A DNA stretch of 63,560 nt, counting the filler, from Octopus bimaculoides (taxonomy: Eukaryota): the NCBI RefSeq assembly GCF_001194135.2. It is 7 parts of 6 records of this genome, joined end to end, with 100 filler letters (N's around TTAATTAATTAA, not from the genome) between each part and the next. Parts side by side here need not be neighbours in the genome. Positions count along the whole stretch, not along the records: positions 15,114 to 35,370 come from NC_069004.1; 6 more parts are not named here. One strand, written 5' to 3'. How positions within the stretch are numbered: position 1 is the stretch's first letter; each line of letters begins with the position of its first letter. Of the stretch, positions 15,014-27,433 are shown in pieces. Under the pieces are notes generated by a model, which saw only the letters and a list, made by a program, of their open reading frames with translations, searched no databases and had not been told where the DNA came from. Position numbers and translations under genes: made by a program.

Positions 15014-15114
15014 NNNNNNNNNNNNNNNNNNNNNNNNNNNNNNNNNNNNNNNNNNNNTTAATTAATTAANNNNNNNNNNNNNNNNNNNNNNNNNNNNNNN
15101 NNNNNNNNNNNNNT
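15014..15114. other. Assembly gap with ttaattaattaa linker
   Basis: N50-type gap with an embedded TTAATTAATTAA. The same linker occurs at about 35415, 44868, 52148, 59474 and 61364, so it is an artefact. Confidence 0.9.
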
Positions 15115-15648
15115 TCAATTTTGGTGTATTGGTGCAACTCTGAATTTTGATTACGATCAACAAATTATATTATCTCATAAATTAAAAAATCTGGGAAAAT
15201 TTGGGTAATCAAAGGAGTCCATAGATAAAAAAAAAAAAAGATTGAGAAACGCTGTTCTAAATCATCTAAAATATTAAACTTCTCTTGGTCATTTTGTGGC
15301 GTAGCTTACTTGAAAGATAAGTAATATGACTTCTTCCATTCATCGTATTTCTCCTGGATCTAATGGAGAAAGAGCACCTTGTCTCTAGTGCTTATCCTCA
15401 TTTGAACATAATTGGGATTCAGGTAAATACACTGTGATTGATTCACTGAGTCTATTGGGTAATATTTTTGTGAAGATCTTCCTGACTATAGAAGGTAAAG
15501 AATAACAGTGGTGTAAGAAGTGTATCAGGTCTGTACGAGGATTATAACAAGATTATAACAATTGTAAAGGAGAGAGTAATATGATGAAAGTAATACAAAC
15601 AAAAGCAGTTACCATCTTTTCTTAATTTTCCTTTTCTTTCTGTTTTAG

Positions 15649-15691
15649 ATACCTCGGCACCAACCACATGTGAAACCATCTCCTGTGACCT
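15649..15691 (+). CDS. TNF-like gene A exon 2 (stalk, 43 nt)
   Basis: tttctgttttag|ata...gtgacct|gtaagt; encodes IPRHQPHVKPSPVT+t. Flanking introns are homologous to those of gene B exon 2. Confidence 0.8.
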
Positions 15692-18600
15692 GTAAGTATA
15701 TATATTTTGTTACCATTTTCCTATCCATGTGTCTATAATATCATCTTCAGCTGTAACATATTGTTACATTAATGAAATCACTAAACATGTTCTCAGTAAC
15801 AGACCTTCCTCAAAGTTCAACCCATGACCTCAATGTGGTGGGAAGGTTAAACGAGTGAGTGTCAGAGCTATGCCATCGGGGACTCTGAGTCCCTGTTAGG
15901 GCCACCCAAGGTGGACAGGTTTGACACCAGCGGTGCTAGGGCCGCAACCCGGCTAACTGAAGGGCAATGGTGAATTCCAGGCAACATCTGTTCCGGAATC
16001 CAGCAGCTTTCTGGTGGTGTTGGACTGCATCTGTAGGCATCCTGCAGCAAGAAGGCTTAACACAAGAACAACCTGCCAATGGTTATGTACGGTGGCTTAT
16101 GAATACAGGCAGCAACTGTTTCCATGGGCTCTGATCATCCCTTGAAACTCCTATGAACTCATCACTGGAACCAGGAATGGCTTCAACACACTGCAGTATT
16201 GGCCATCAACAGAAAGTAAGAGACATACTAAAGAAATAGATGGCAAAAATACCCATATTATTAAATATATAAAAGAAATGTCTACGATAATTAACTGGAC
16301 CATGGCTTTAGATGACACTTTGACAGGAGGAAACTCCCTGTGTACATTTTGTATTATCAGTCTCAGCAAGGCATTGCTACCGTACAACTGACCATATTAA
16401 AGCCTATGAAACTATATGATGGGTGTAATATATAGATATTTATATAGTCTTGGTTTTCTTCATTAATGGTTAATACTTGTTCTCCATGATGATTGTGAAA
16501 CAGTTAATGTTGTACAGTTATTTATTAGATGATAATCTGAAGTATAAAATATATGAGATGCATCAGGTAGTGACATTTTCTGGTCTTAGTCTTCTGTTTG
16601 ATAATGAACCGGATCTATTTTAAAACGGGGGCCACAGTTTTCATTAATGTTTTACGTAGTGTTTTTGGTACGGAAAGACTTTCAAACTTCGTATACTTAT
16701 CTATTTTGTGTTATAGAACAGAAAAATATTTTTGTATTCGAATTTATTTCATGTAAAAAATTGTCTTATTTTGATTATTTCAACCAATCACTGACAAGTA
16801 TTCAGTTGTTTATATTTACTCCTTTGGCTGATTAAGCGGTGTAAAGCGTATTTAATCTCCATAACTTCTTTTTTCATTTTAAATTTGCTTTTTTCATTTT
16901 CTTTTTTTTTTCTTCGTTTTATTTGCTTTTTTCTTTTTAAATTTGCTGTTTTACCCTAACCCTAACCCTAACCCTAGGGTTAGGGTTAGGGTTAAGGTTA
17001 GCCTATAATAGAAATGTTTATTAGCTACTGCCAATATGCTTCAGCCATTTTTTGACAAGGAAATAATAATTTTATCACCGATAGAATTGTTTCAGAATCG
17101 TTTGTTTATGTAGTCGGCACTTAATGTATATCGGTTGAATGGACGTCAGTGATTGGTTGAAATTACAGAAATACGACAACTTTAACATGGAATAACTTAG
17201 GGATTTCTTTTTTTTTTTTTTAAGAAGACTAAGATAAAAAGATGTTTTATATGACACATTCTACCAGTGTTCCAAGTTTCAAAGTGTTTCGTTAAGAAAA
17301 TACTGTGGCCCCCGTTTTAAAATAGATCCAATGAACCTGTATTCAAATACATCTTATTTACTCTGTTTTCTCACTTCCTTCAGTTCACCATGCCTTCTTT
17401 CACTTGAAAACAGAAGGTTACAAAAAGTTGGGTAAGTTAATTTATACAGATTTATAGCAAACTTTTTCTCATTATTCAAATTATGCTCATTAAATTACTA
17501 CAATTACATCATCATCATCATCATCATCGTTTAACGTCCGCCTTCCATGCTAGCATGGGTTGGACGATTTGACTGAGGACTGGTGAAACCGGATGGCAAC
17601 ACCAGGCTCCAATCTAATTTGGCAGAGTTTCTACAGCTGGATGCCCTTCCCAACGCCAACCACTCAGAGAGTGTAGTGGGTGCTTTTACGTGTCACCCGC
17701 ACGAAAACGGCCACAAAATACTTTCATTAAAGACATGTGTTAATGACTATTATTATGTACTTGAATTAACTCCTGCTATTATAGAATTTGAGAAAACTAT
17801 TATACTTGGGTGAAGTATATCACCAATATAGACTTAAGTGTTATGACAAGCATGAGTTAACTACTATATTGAAAGATATGGACCAACTATAATTATAATT
17901 AGAAACGTCAAATACAACATGTAGAGATATGTGGACCAACTACTACTACCACCACCACCACTATGACAACCTCTACATATGTCTGATAATACTACAGGTG
18001 GGAGGCGTTTACTGCTTGGGTTGTGGTTTAATTATTACAGACCAACCTCCAAAACATAAATAAAACACTAACGAACAAAATCAACATCAACAAACAAGAG
18101 AAATAAATATATTCAGTATTTTGACATTGATAAGATCACATCAACAAGGGTTAAATAGAGACAGTCTGTATAAGAATAGGAATGTCCTTAGACTTCATTT
18201 AATTGTATTCAGAAGTTTTAAAGATTATACAGAGCATATCTGAATGATTACTTTTAACTACATTGTTAGCTGGACAATTATATATATATATATATATATA
18301 TATATNNNNNNNNNNNNNNNNNNNNNNNNNNNNNNNNNNNNNNNNNNNNNNNNNNNNNNNNNNNNNNNNNNNNNNNNNNNNNNNNNNNNNNNNNNNNNNN
18401 NNNNNNNNNNNNNNNNNNNNNNNNNNNNNNNNNNNNNNNNNNNNNNNNNNNNNNNNNNNNNNNNNNNNNNNNNNNNNNNNNNNNNNNNNNNNNNNNNNNN
18501 NNNNNNNNNNNNNNNNNNNNNNNNNNNNNNNNNNNNNNNNNNNNNNNNNNNNNNNNNNNNNNNNNNNNNNNNNNNNNNNNNNNNNNNNNNNNNNNNNNNN

Positions 18601-20195
18601 NNNNNNNNNNNNNNNNNNNNNNNNNNNNNNNNNNNNNNNNNNNNNNNNNNNNNNNNNNNNNNNNNNNNNNNNNNNNNNNNNNNNNNNNNNNNNNNNNNNN
18701 NNNNNNNNNNNNNNNNNNNNNNNNNNNNNNNNNNNNNNNNNNNNNNNNNNNNNNNNNNNNNNNNNNNNNNNNNNNNNNNNNNNNNNNNNNNNNNNNNNNN
18801 NNNNNNNNNNNNNNNNNNNNNNNNNNNNNNNNNNNNNNNNNNNNNNNNNNNNNNNNNNNNNNNNNNNNNNNNNNNNNNNNNNNNNNNNNNNNNNNNNNNN
18901 NNNNNNNNNNNNNNNNNNNNNNNNNNNNNNNNNNNNNNNNNNNNNNNNNNNNNNNNNNNNNNNNNNNNNNNNNNNNNNNNNNNNNNNNNNNNNNNNNNNN
19001 NNNNNNNNNNNNNNNNNNNNNNNNNNNNNNNNNNNNNNNNNNNNNNNNNNNNNNNNNNNNNNNNNNNNNNNNNNNNNNNNNNNNNNNNNNNNNNNNNNNN
19101 NNNNNNNNNNNNNNNNNNNNNNNNNNNNNNNNNNNNNNNNNNNNNNNNNNNNNNNNNNNNNNNNNNNNNNNNNTGTGTGTGTGTGTGTATATATAAATTA
19201 AGGTGGCTCTCTTTTACTTGTTTCAGTCATTTGACTGCGGCCATGCTGGAGCACTGCCTTTAGTCGAGTAAATCGACCCCAGGACTTATTCTTTGTAAGC
19301 CTAGTACTTATTCTATCAGTCTCTTTTGCCGAACCGCTAAGTTACGTGGATGTAAACAGACCAGCATCGGTTGTCAAGCGATGTTGGTGGGGACAAACAC
19401 AGACATACAAACATATACGTGTCTTCTGCTATAGCCCTGAGCCAACCGAAGCTTTGTGATTGAATTTGGTAGGCGGAAGTTACTGCCGTGTGTGTATACG
19501 TCTGTGTATGTGCTTGTGCCTCTCTCCCAAAGAGAGAGAGAGGGGGATATATCCATATATATGACAGGCTTCTTTCAGTTTCCGTCTACCAAATCCACTC
19601 ACAAGGCTTTGGTTGGCCTGAGCTTATAGTAGAAGTCACTTGCCCAAGGTGCCACGCAGTGGGACTGAACCCAGAACCATGTGGTTGGTAAGCAATCTAC
19701 TTACCACACAGCCACTCCTGCACCTATATATTAATGCTAGGTCTAATAACCAGCTGATGTAGATTTGTGTGAGGAAACACTGTAATGCATTGTCTATGAG
19801 TAAATAAATCATTTCTATATAACTTTATACTTGGTTCATTATAATATGCTCAGTGATGTGTTACATAATTTTCCTCTTGAATAGAAACAGCACAAGCATG
19901 TTGTGACATGTACAGACAGCCATGTACAACATAGTAAATGGCTGGCTGCAGTTAAGTTTCGTATTAACAATAAATGTTTGACAGATTAGAAGCTCTTTGC
20001 ATTTATTTGTAACTTTGAGCATCTAATCAGGATTGGCAGTTTTAATAAAGAAGTTGGTAGTAACCTCATGATACTAGCAAGTAGCTAGAAAGGCCTCCAA
20101 GTGTTTTCACAGGGTTCTAATGTTTATTAGCTCTAAAATATTTCTCAGTGTGTATGCAGAATGTAGACTAGATGAGACATGAATTAAATGGACAT

Positions 20196-20230
<35 letters not shown>

Positions 20231-21693
20231 CCTATGTGTGTGTTTGTTTCCTAAAGAGCTGGCTTGATCTTCATCCCTACCATACAGTATGAGATGGTTG
20301 ATCCTTTAAACTCATATCTCGAAGTTACTTTCCTCAAAAGCAACATTAAAGGAATCCATTCTGCGTAAAACAAATAGCAAAGAAGGCGTTGTTTCCTTGA
20401 AAGTTCCCTCTCTTCATTCTTAATCTTCCTAGATCCTGTCTGTTTTATGGGAGTTCTGTCTTCCAGTTCTCCATGCCTTTTTTTCAAACAATCCTTGACA
20501 TCCTTTGCAATTCCAAACCTGTTCAACCATTCAATGTTCCTCAAACATGGTATCATGTCAGAGGCCTTACAAAAATATGTCCAGACCATTGCTAAACTTG
20601 TCTTCCTTTGCTTACTGTCTTTCATTACCTTTTTCCTATTTTATTGGAGAACTTAAGACCAGCTACTCACAGATAAAATGGTGATTATTATTATTATCAT
20701 CATTATTATTATTGCTATTATTATTATTATTGAGTGAGAGCAGTGCATGCTATCAACTTGACACTGAGATACGAATATACAAGGCCTAGTATACCTGTCT
20801 GATAAGGGTACACCAGGCACATGCATCACAACCATATGTGTATGAGATGATGATCTTATATCAAGATAAACAGTACATGACCTTGCAGGTGAGGCCCAGT
20901 TGGAATTTTCTTCTGGATCAGTAGCCCATCGCACTCAAAAGGTCACAGATTAAGGTTTGTTTAAGGATGATAAACAAAACACCCATGTATCCAGAGGTGA
21001 TTTATTCAAACCCCAAAGAATTCCTCTCAACACATCTGTGATACTCTCCCACAAATTCTACTCACGATCAGAGATGCACATATCATCAGTCACTAAAGGA
21101 CATGTTCGTCTGGTTAATGACAAGCAGCTGACATGCAAATCAGTGTTATTGAGCAGAATATTTGCTGTGGCCCATCTTTTATACCACGACTAAATAATGT
21201 ACATGTTAATACTTCCAATCAGTTAATTATCATTTATCAGTTATTATTATCATCTTCATCATCATCACCACCACCATTATTATTATTATTATTTCTTTTT
21301 TCAGATGACGTGATTAATTTACAGTGGCTGAAAGATGACAGCCAAAATGTTGGTAACATTAAATTGATTGATGGATGTTACTTCTCTATACCCCAAGATG
21401 GTCTTTACCAAATAAACTTTGTGATCCAGTTGCATATTCCGAAAGATGCTAATGCATCAATTGTAACCTTGGTGTTACAGAGAAAGAATAATGAAAAAGA
21501 TTATGTATTCATGAAGAAAAGTTCAAGTTCCTTAACCATATCAGAACATGACACGATACAGTCATCATTTAGATACAAATTTAAAGCTGATGAGATAGTC
21601 TTTTTAAAGATGAACATGGCAAAATTTATCAGCTGCAATAAGAACTCCAGCTATTTGTATATCAGCAGATTGAACATAAACAATAATCATTAA
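15649..21693 (+). CDS. TNF superfamily ligand-like gene A (exons 2-4; exon 1 not resolved)
   Basis: Exons 15649-15691, 17384-17431 and 21305-21693 have canonical AG/GT sites and join in frame (phases 0/1/1): IPRHQPHVKPSPVT-FHHAFFHLKTEGYKKL-DDVINLQWLKDDSQNVGNIKLIDGCYFSIPQDGLYQINFVIQL...YISRLNINNNH*. It carries TNF-domain hallmarks (A-strand xxHL, conserved LQW, IPxDGLYxI). Exon structure matches paralog B. Confidence 0.85.
16611..17329. mobile_element. Palindromic MITE with 28-bp TIRs and 8-bp TSD (Merlin-like by GG ends), telomere-like core, in gene A intron 2
   Basis: TIR ggatctattttaaaacgggggccacagt at both ends; TSD aatgaacc on both sides. Internal inverted repeats (ttcaaccaatcactgac). 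Central (taaccc)n-(tagggt)n palindrome at about 16955-17000. Empty site in gene B intron 2. Confidence 0.85.
17384..17431 (+). CDS. TNF-like gene A exon 3 (48 nt, first THD strand)
   Basis: cacttccttcag|ttcacc...aagttgg|gtaagt; phase 1-1; encodes FHHAFFHLKTEGYKKL. 39/48 nt identical to gene B exon 3. Confidence 0.88.
17507..17714 (-). mobile_element. 5'-truncated 3' end of the same RTE LINE, inserted in gene A intron 3
   Basis: Matches 46745-46930; absent from the homologous position in gene B intron 3. Confidence 0.85.
19200..19725 (-). mobile_element. SINE family B, full-length copy in gene A intron 3
   Basis: Match to 25060-25465. Confidence 0.85.
20260..20650 (-). mobile_element. R4/Dong-type LINE RT fragment
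   Basis: KQRKTSLAMVWTYFCKASDMIP...LNRFGIAKDVKDCLKK (degenerate AWIDYRKAYDMVPH). Confidence 0.65.
21305..21693 (+). CDS. TNF-like gene A exon 4 (TNF homology domain, terminal exon)
   Basis: atttctttttcag|atgac acceptor; open to TAA 21693 (within ORF 21133-21693). Motifs LQW, G-I-K-L-x-x-G, IPQDGLYQI. Confidence 0.9.
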
Positions 21694-21727
21694 AATGTTG
21701 TGCTTCTTCTGTGGGCATTTTCATTTG

Positions 21728-21945
21728 ATTATATCTTATTTCTTTATTGCCCACAAGGAGCTAAATATAGAGGGGACAAACAAGGACAAAGGGATTAAGT
21801 CGATTACATCGACCCCAGTTTATTGACCCCGAAAGGAGGAAAGGCAAAGTTGACCTTGGCGGAATTTGAACTCAGAACATATTGGGAAACAAAATACCGC
21901 TAAGCATTTCGCCCGGCGTGCTAACGTTTCTGCCAGCTTGCAGCC
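21728..21945 (-). mobile_element. SINE family A copy immediately after the gene A stop codon (3' UTR)
   Basis: Match to family A, about 35 nt after the TAA. Confidence 0.8.
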
Positions 21946-22439
21946 TTTTATAATCATTTGATTATGTCTGTTTCTTTGTATTTTGTCTAGCTCAAAATGC
22001 AAAAAAGACATTGATGTAAATAGTCATGTATATTGTTTGTACGCACCAATCCTCACACATGGGCAAATACGTATTTTTCTATATAACATGCTATTGAATC
22101 ATTGTAAATAAACAATCATTGTAAATAAACTAATTCTAAAACTAATATATTCCATGTTTTCTATTTTTACGATTTCCTATTCGGTCTTCTACTCTTCCTA
22201 TTATTATTTTATTTTTTCCTTTCTTTGTTTTGCACCATTGCTTAAACTTTGGAATTTTTGTATTTTTAATGGACCAAGCAATGCACTTAGTAATTCTGAA
22301 AAGAAAGCAACATGGAAGTGATACATGAAAAGTTATTAAATGTGAAAGTGTATGGGAGAAAGAGTCTTCCCAACTACCCTAGTTGAAAGCAGTATAATAA
22401 AGTAATTCAAGATGTGAATGCTGGAAAATATCACTGAGA

Positions 22440-22730
22440 TTTTTTAAATTTCTGTTGGGAAAGGATATAGCCTGGTCATCCAAATAGTTAATCAGGTTGT
22501 ACAGGAAGTTGTCATAACTTATGACTGATATTGCAGCATTATAGTTGACTATTACAATGATAAAAGAGATGCTTTAGAGAGAGGTAATTACAGATGTATC
22601 AGACTGCTGGACCAAGTCCTGAAAGTTACAGAAAGAACTATTACTCAATTAATTAGGAAGCAAATTAGTCTTGATGAGATGTAGTTTGGTTTCATGCCAT
22701 GGAGAACTATTACTGATACGATTTTGTAAC
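22440..22730 (+). mobile_element. RTE LINE reverse transcriptase fragment
   Basis: DALERGNYRCIRLLDQVLKVTER...ISLDEM*FGFMP. Confidence 0.75.
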
Positions 22731-23239
22731 GATGAATGTAAAAATAAAATAAGGAATGGCAAACATGTTATAAGTTATTTTATTTTATTTATTTATTTTT
22801 TTTTTTTCACTCATTATTCAAAATTTCAAAGTGGGCTGTGGAGCCTGAAAATGTAAATTTAAGAACTTCAGATTTTAACAGTTGTTTTTAAAGGATTTCA
22901 CAATAAAAAGATATATTCTTGAAAATTTTTTGCTCCACCCTAATGTGCAGCTTAAGTGTGTGAGAACAAGGTACAAATATGTTGAAAGAAAAACTGGACC
23001 TAAGAGTGATCAAATTTAGAGTAAAAAACAGCTATTAAGGAAGAATTATAAAGCTCATAAAGGAAGAATTAAACATACATAGATACAGTTTTTAATAGAC
23101 AACACGTCTTTTTTTTAAATTTGATAAATCAAAACACAAAGTTGTTGGAGTAAATGCATATTAGCATGCAAGAATTAAGCTTGGTTATAACAAAATATGA
23201 ATACAAAATCTCTACTTACTGTGGTCATTCATTCTGATC

Positions 23240-23680
23240 CTCTTATTACTGCATGAACTTCCTCATTTTTGACGATTTCTTGTGCACAGCTTCTGGAAAA
23301 TCTCTCATCAAGCGCCAGCGGCAGTCTACCATCATGTTTGAATCTTATTGGCCTTGAGAGTGTTCTTCCATTACTTTCACATCTCAATGAAAGTGTTTAC
23401 CTTGTTCTTTGCTAACATCACGCAATTTCTTTCGAAACTCACCCAAGTGATTGAGTAAGTAGTGTAATTTAATGCCCATTCTACATCCAGGTGTTTGTAA
23501 ACTCAAGATCAGTTCTTTCACAATCTCCCACGGAAATTCCACACCACATCAGAGAAGACATTCCAAGCGCTAGCCTCAACTACACTCATTGTTGTAACAA
23601 AATGTGGACCCCTGAAGAGTATTCTTATTCGAGGTTCATCAAATATTCCTGCCTTCTTGTCATTGAAATCTGGAGAGCTT
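23240..23680 (-). mobile_element. DNA transposon transposase relic (Chapaev/CMC-like)
   Basis: KAGIFDEPRIR...EASAWNVF...GCRMGIKLHYLLNHL...VSKEQGKHFH*DVKVMEE...NMMVDCRW. The superfamily assignment is from memory of the motif. Confidence 0.65.
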
Positions 23681-23724
23681 GTACATATATACATACAGTC
23701 TCTACTGTGATCAAGTTTTATGTG

Positions 23725-24076
23725 CAGTGTCTCTATTTGTTGTATTTGATCCACATGTATAATTTCAATTATAGTTGGCCCAAGTCTTTCAATATACTAA
23801 TTAATGCTTACTTGTCATAAGAGGTATATAATGGTAATATACTTCAACCAAATGGAATAGTTTCCCCTCATTCTACAACAGCAGGACTAAACCCAAGTAC
23901 ATAACAGTAGCCTTTATCATATGTCTATAATGAAAGTATTTTAATACTGTAATAGTAAGAATTAGCTTAAATCTGTAATTTCAGTTATTTAATGGGCATA
24001 ATTCAAATTATGAGAAAAAGGTGTGCAATAAATCTGAATAGATTAGCTTACCCAACTCTTCGTAACCCTTTGTTTT
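23725..24076 (-). pseudogene. Partial duplicate of gene B (3' part of exon 3, its donor and about 320 bp of intron 3)
   Basis: Near-identical to about 29275-29623 (tgtctctatttgttgtatttgatcc...cttacccaactcttcgtaaccctttgtttt). It diverges mid-exon, and no exon 4 was found downstream. Confidence 0.8.
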
Positions 24077-25059
24077 CCCTATGAACCAGAGGGTTATTAA
24101 CGATATTCTTGTCACCTGGCTTCAAATGGTTTCTTGAGAACCATTCTTTTTTTTACCTAGTGATCTTTTGCAGCACTACTGTTCTAATAGTACAGGAAAC
24201 AAGGGTATTTAGTGTAACTTCTTTGCTGGTCCAGTAGGAGGTTTATAATTTTCAAATTAATACAAATTACCTTTTTCCTACAAATAGTGGTATGAAGTTA
24301 AATATTGGCATGCTCCAGGTAGATACCAATGTGATGTGTTGTGATAGAGCAAATCAGATGCCAGTTTTGGAATCAGCAGTCAAAAATTAGTCTGAAGCAG
24401 GTCTAAGATTTTATACCAGAGAAAAAAAAGTTTTATTTTGTTGACTAGTATTATTAACATTACATGATATTTACACTTAAATGTCTCATGTTATAATATT
24501 CACACAGACAGAGGGAACACAGTCGGATTAATTCATTAAATTGTCCCATTGTTCATGTTATAGACACAAAACCCATCCCATTTTTCAGTCTTATGTATTT
24601 GAAAAGCAAGCACAAACAAACAATGATCAATGGTCCTTACTGGACCATAGGCTCACAAGGCCAATTTGTTTGGATTCTGTGGTGAAGAGGTGCTGGTTCA
24701 TTGCAGGATTACTTACTTCTGCCAGCTGAGTGGACTGGAGCCACGTAAAATGAAGAATTTTGCTTATAAACACAGTTCTTGAACAAAACACTTGCCCAGT
24801 TTTTTCTCACAGCACATTTATACAATGTTGCTCATACACACTTACGTTGCATATCCAATGGAGCATGCTCCATTTCTTTCCAGTCTACTAAGGTCCTCTA
24901 CATTCAAGACCCCTATCATGCAATATTGCAGTCCTAACACAAGTGTTATACAACCTACCATTCAGTCTATCAGAAAATATCTTTGTTGTCAGCAGTCATA
25001 GTACAGTTGAGAATCCCTTCTCCAGAATTCTTGGGACCGAAAGTGTTGTTGATACTCTC

Positions 25060-25465
25060 TTTTTACTCTTTTACTTGTTTCAGTCATTTGACTGTGGCTA
25101 TGCTGGAGCACCGCCTTTTAATTGAGCAAATCGATCCCAGGACTTATTCTTTGTAAGCCTAGTACTTATTCTATCGGTCTCTTTTGTCGAACCACTAAGT
25201 TACGGGGACGTAAACACACCAGCATCGGTTGTCAAGCGATGTTGTGGGGACAAACACAGACACACAAACATATACACACACACACATATATATAAACACA
25301 TATATACGACAGGCTTCTTTCAGTTTCTGTCTACCAAATCCACTCACAAGGCTTTGGTCGGCCCGAGGCTATTGTAGAAGACACTTGCCTGAGGTGCCAC
25401 GCAGTGGGACTGAACCCGGAACCATGTGGTTTGGAAGCAAACTACTTACCACACAGCCACTCCTG
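25060..25465 (-). mobile_element. SINE family B (tRNA-derived, internal (TA/CA)n)
   Basis: ggagtggctgtgtggtaagtag...gggttcagtcccactgcgtggcac...actgaaacaagtaaaagag. Other copies at about 1755-2095(-), 19200-19725(-), 26160-26330(-), 32300-32580(+), 35785-35960(+), 44735-44823(-), 57930-58040(+), 60280-60480(-) and 60930-61070(-). Confidence 0.85.
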
Positions 25466-26301
25466 TTTTTTTTTAATTTTTTTTATTTCAGAGTATTTTT
25501 TAATTTGTGTTTATAAAATAGGACAGCATGAAGATAAGACCAAAATCTAAATACAATATCCATATTTACATTTCATAATATAACTTATACATACACCCTG
25601 AAATGTAGTTTTATGTACATTTTTAATCATTTTTTTTTAAATACACAATACCACCAGAAATATATGATATCAGTCTCCAAGTATGATGTCAAATTTTGAT
25701 TAAAAGGTTATTGTCACATGTACCCCATTTGTATTATATTTTGTAACATACAATAGGTTTTTAAGATATAAAAACAAACCATTCAACTTAATTACAGGTA
25801 AATCATTTCTGCTATAGGTACAAAGCCTGAAATTTTGAGTAGGAGAGCTAATCAATAACATCAACTTCAGTACTTGACTGGTACTTATTTCATTGACCCC
25901 AAAGGGATGAAGGTTAAAGTAGACCTTGATGGAATTTGAACTCAGAATATAAGATGGATAAAATGCTGCTAAGAAATTTTTTAAGCATACTAAAATAAAT
26001 AAAACGAAAACAGAAAAAAAAGGTAAGTATTTTATTTTTAAAGTTATGTACATGTAATGATGTTAAGCATTTTTACAGCATTTAAGTAAAATGAAAACTG
26101 AAAACAATAAGCATTTTATATTTAATTATGTACGTGTAATTATGCTAATCATGTTACATTTAGTCGAGCAAATCGACCCCAGGACTTATTCTTTGTAAGC
26201 CTAGTACTTATTCTATCGGTCTCTTTTGCCGAACCGCTTTGTTACAGGGACGTAAACACACCACCATCGGTTGTCAAGCGATGTTGGGGGGACAAACACA
26301 G

Positions 26302-26337
<36 letters not shown>

Positions 26338-26338
<1 letters not shown>

Positions 26339-26900
26339 CTAGCAGTATAGCCCGGCGCTGCTCGGGATTAAGCTAGGATTATTAAATGATTAAGTGCTTT
26401 ATTTCAAACCAAAATAAGTAACATCTACATCATATTTGAGCGAAATCCGTTGAAGTTGGTTTGGTTGAAAATGGTTTGCTGGCAATTTGATTGGGAAATC
26501 CCATAAGGAATCAGTTTATTGGTTATTTTCAGTCATTGACTCTTTTTTTTAAATGCTGAATTAGAGATCTGCATAGGAGAAGGTTGATCTGAAGATTTGC
26601 ATTGGGGATCTGGATTGGAGTAACTTAGGAAAGCTTACCAACAACCTTAACCAAAAAATAAGGGGCCTCTCCCTTCTAGGTTAACTAACCCTAACCCTAA
26701 CTGACCCTAAAACCGTAACCCTAACCGTAACATCCTAGTGGAAATCGTGCGGGTGTTAATCTGAAAAATTATCAAACCCTTTTTGTGGTCCGAAAAACGG
26801 GTTGGGGGTGGGGTGACTGACAATTGTTACATACGTTTTTGTTTCATAGTTGTGAATGTAAACAAAACTCTTTCGCTCCCAAAGTATATGTGCGTATGTG
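26338..26900 (+). mobile_element. Possible Helitron/HINE-like element with (taaccc)-like repeats
   Basis: Starts actagcagtatagcccggcgctgctcggg (subterminal hairpin); aaccctaaccct tract at about 26690-26730. Confidence 0.4.
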
Positions 26901-27433
26901 TGAGAGTGAGAGGGGGGAGAAAGATGAAAGATTTAAAATAAAAAATTTTTGAATTGTTGTGTGAGAAAGTATATATAATCTTATAGAATAGAGTGTCTTT
27001 CAAAAACATCTTATATTTGAAACTATATCTCATGTTTAAGAAAACAAATGCATTTTACTCTGTCTTCCTTAGCTACATTTTCTTTCCTAATACGCTTTGT
27101 CTCCCTCTTCCACTTGTTCGTTCCTTTTTCTTTTTTTTTTTTTTGTTAGACGCTGTCTTGGTGAGAGAAATTTTTTTTTCCTTCGCCGCTTTGTCTCCCT
27201 CTTCCACTTTTTTTTTTTTAGACGCTTCGCAAGCAGTTTCTCCCTGTCACAAACACACTATTTCTTTCTTTCTCTCTCTCTCTTTCTTTCTTTGCTGGTT
27301 CTTGTGACCCGACACTTGGATTGGCTGCTGCCAATTGCATCTTGGAATAAGACCAACCTTTATTTGAGACCTACAACCACAAGCTATTTTGGCATGGGTG
27401 CTTACCAGTTGTAAAAATATATTGAGGATTATT

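Noticed and set aside
15058-15069. Recurrent TTAATTAATTAA motif (six copies)
   Set aside because: It is always embedded in N runs; this is a scaffolding linker with stops in all frames.
15382-15422. Short ATG-to-donor unit MEKEHLVSSAYPHLNIIGIQ|gtaaat as exon 1 of gene A
   Set aside because: It is in phase 0 but encodes no signal anchor and has no homology to gene B exon 1.
16955-17000. Telomeric TTAGGG repeats as a chromosome fusion site
   Set aside because: Only a few units, located at the centre of a TSD-flanked MITE.
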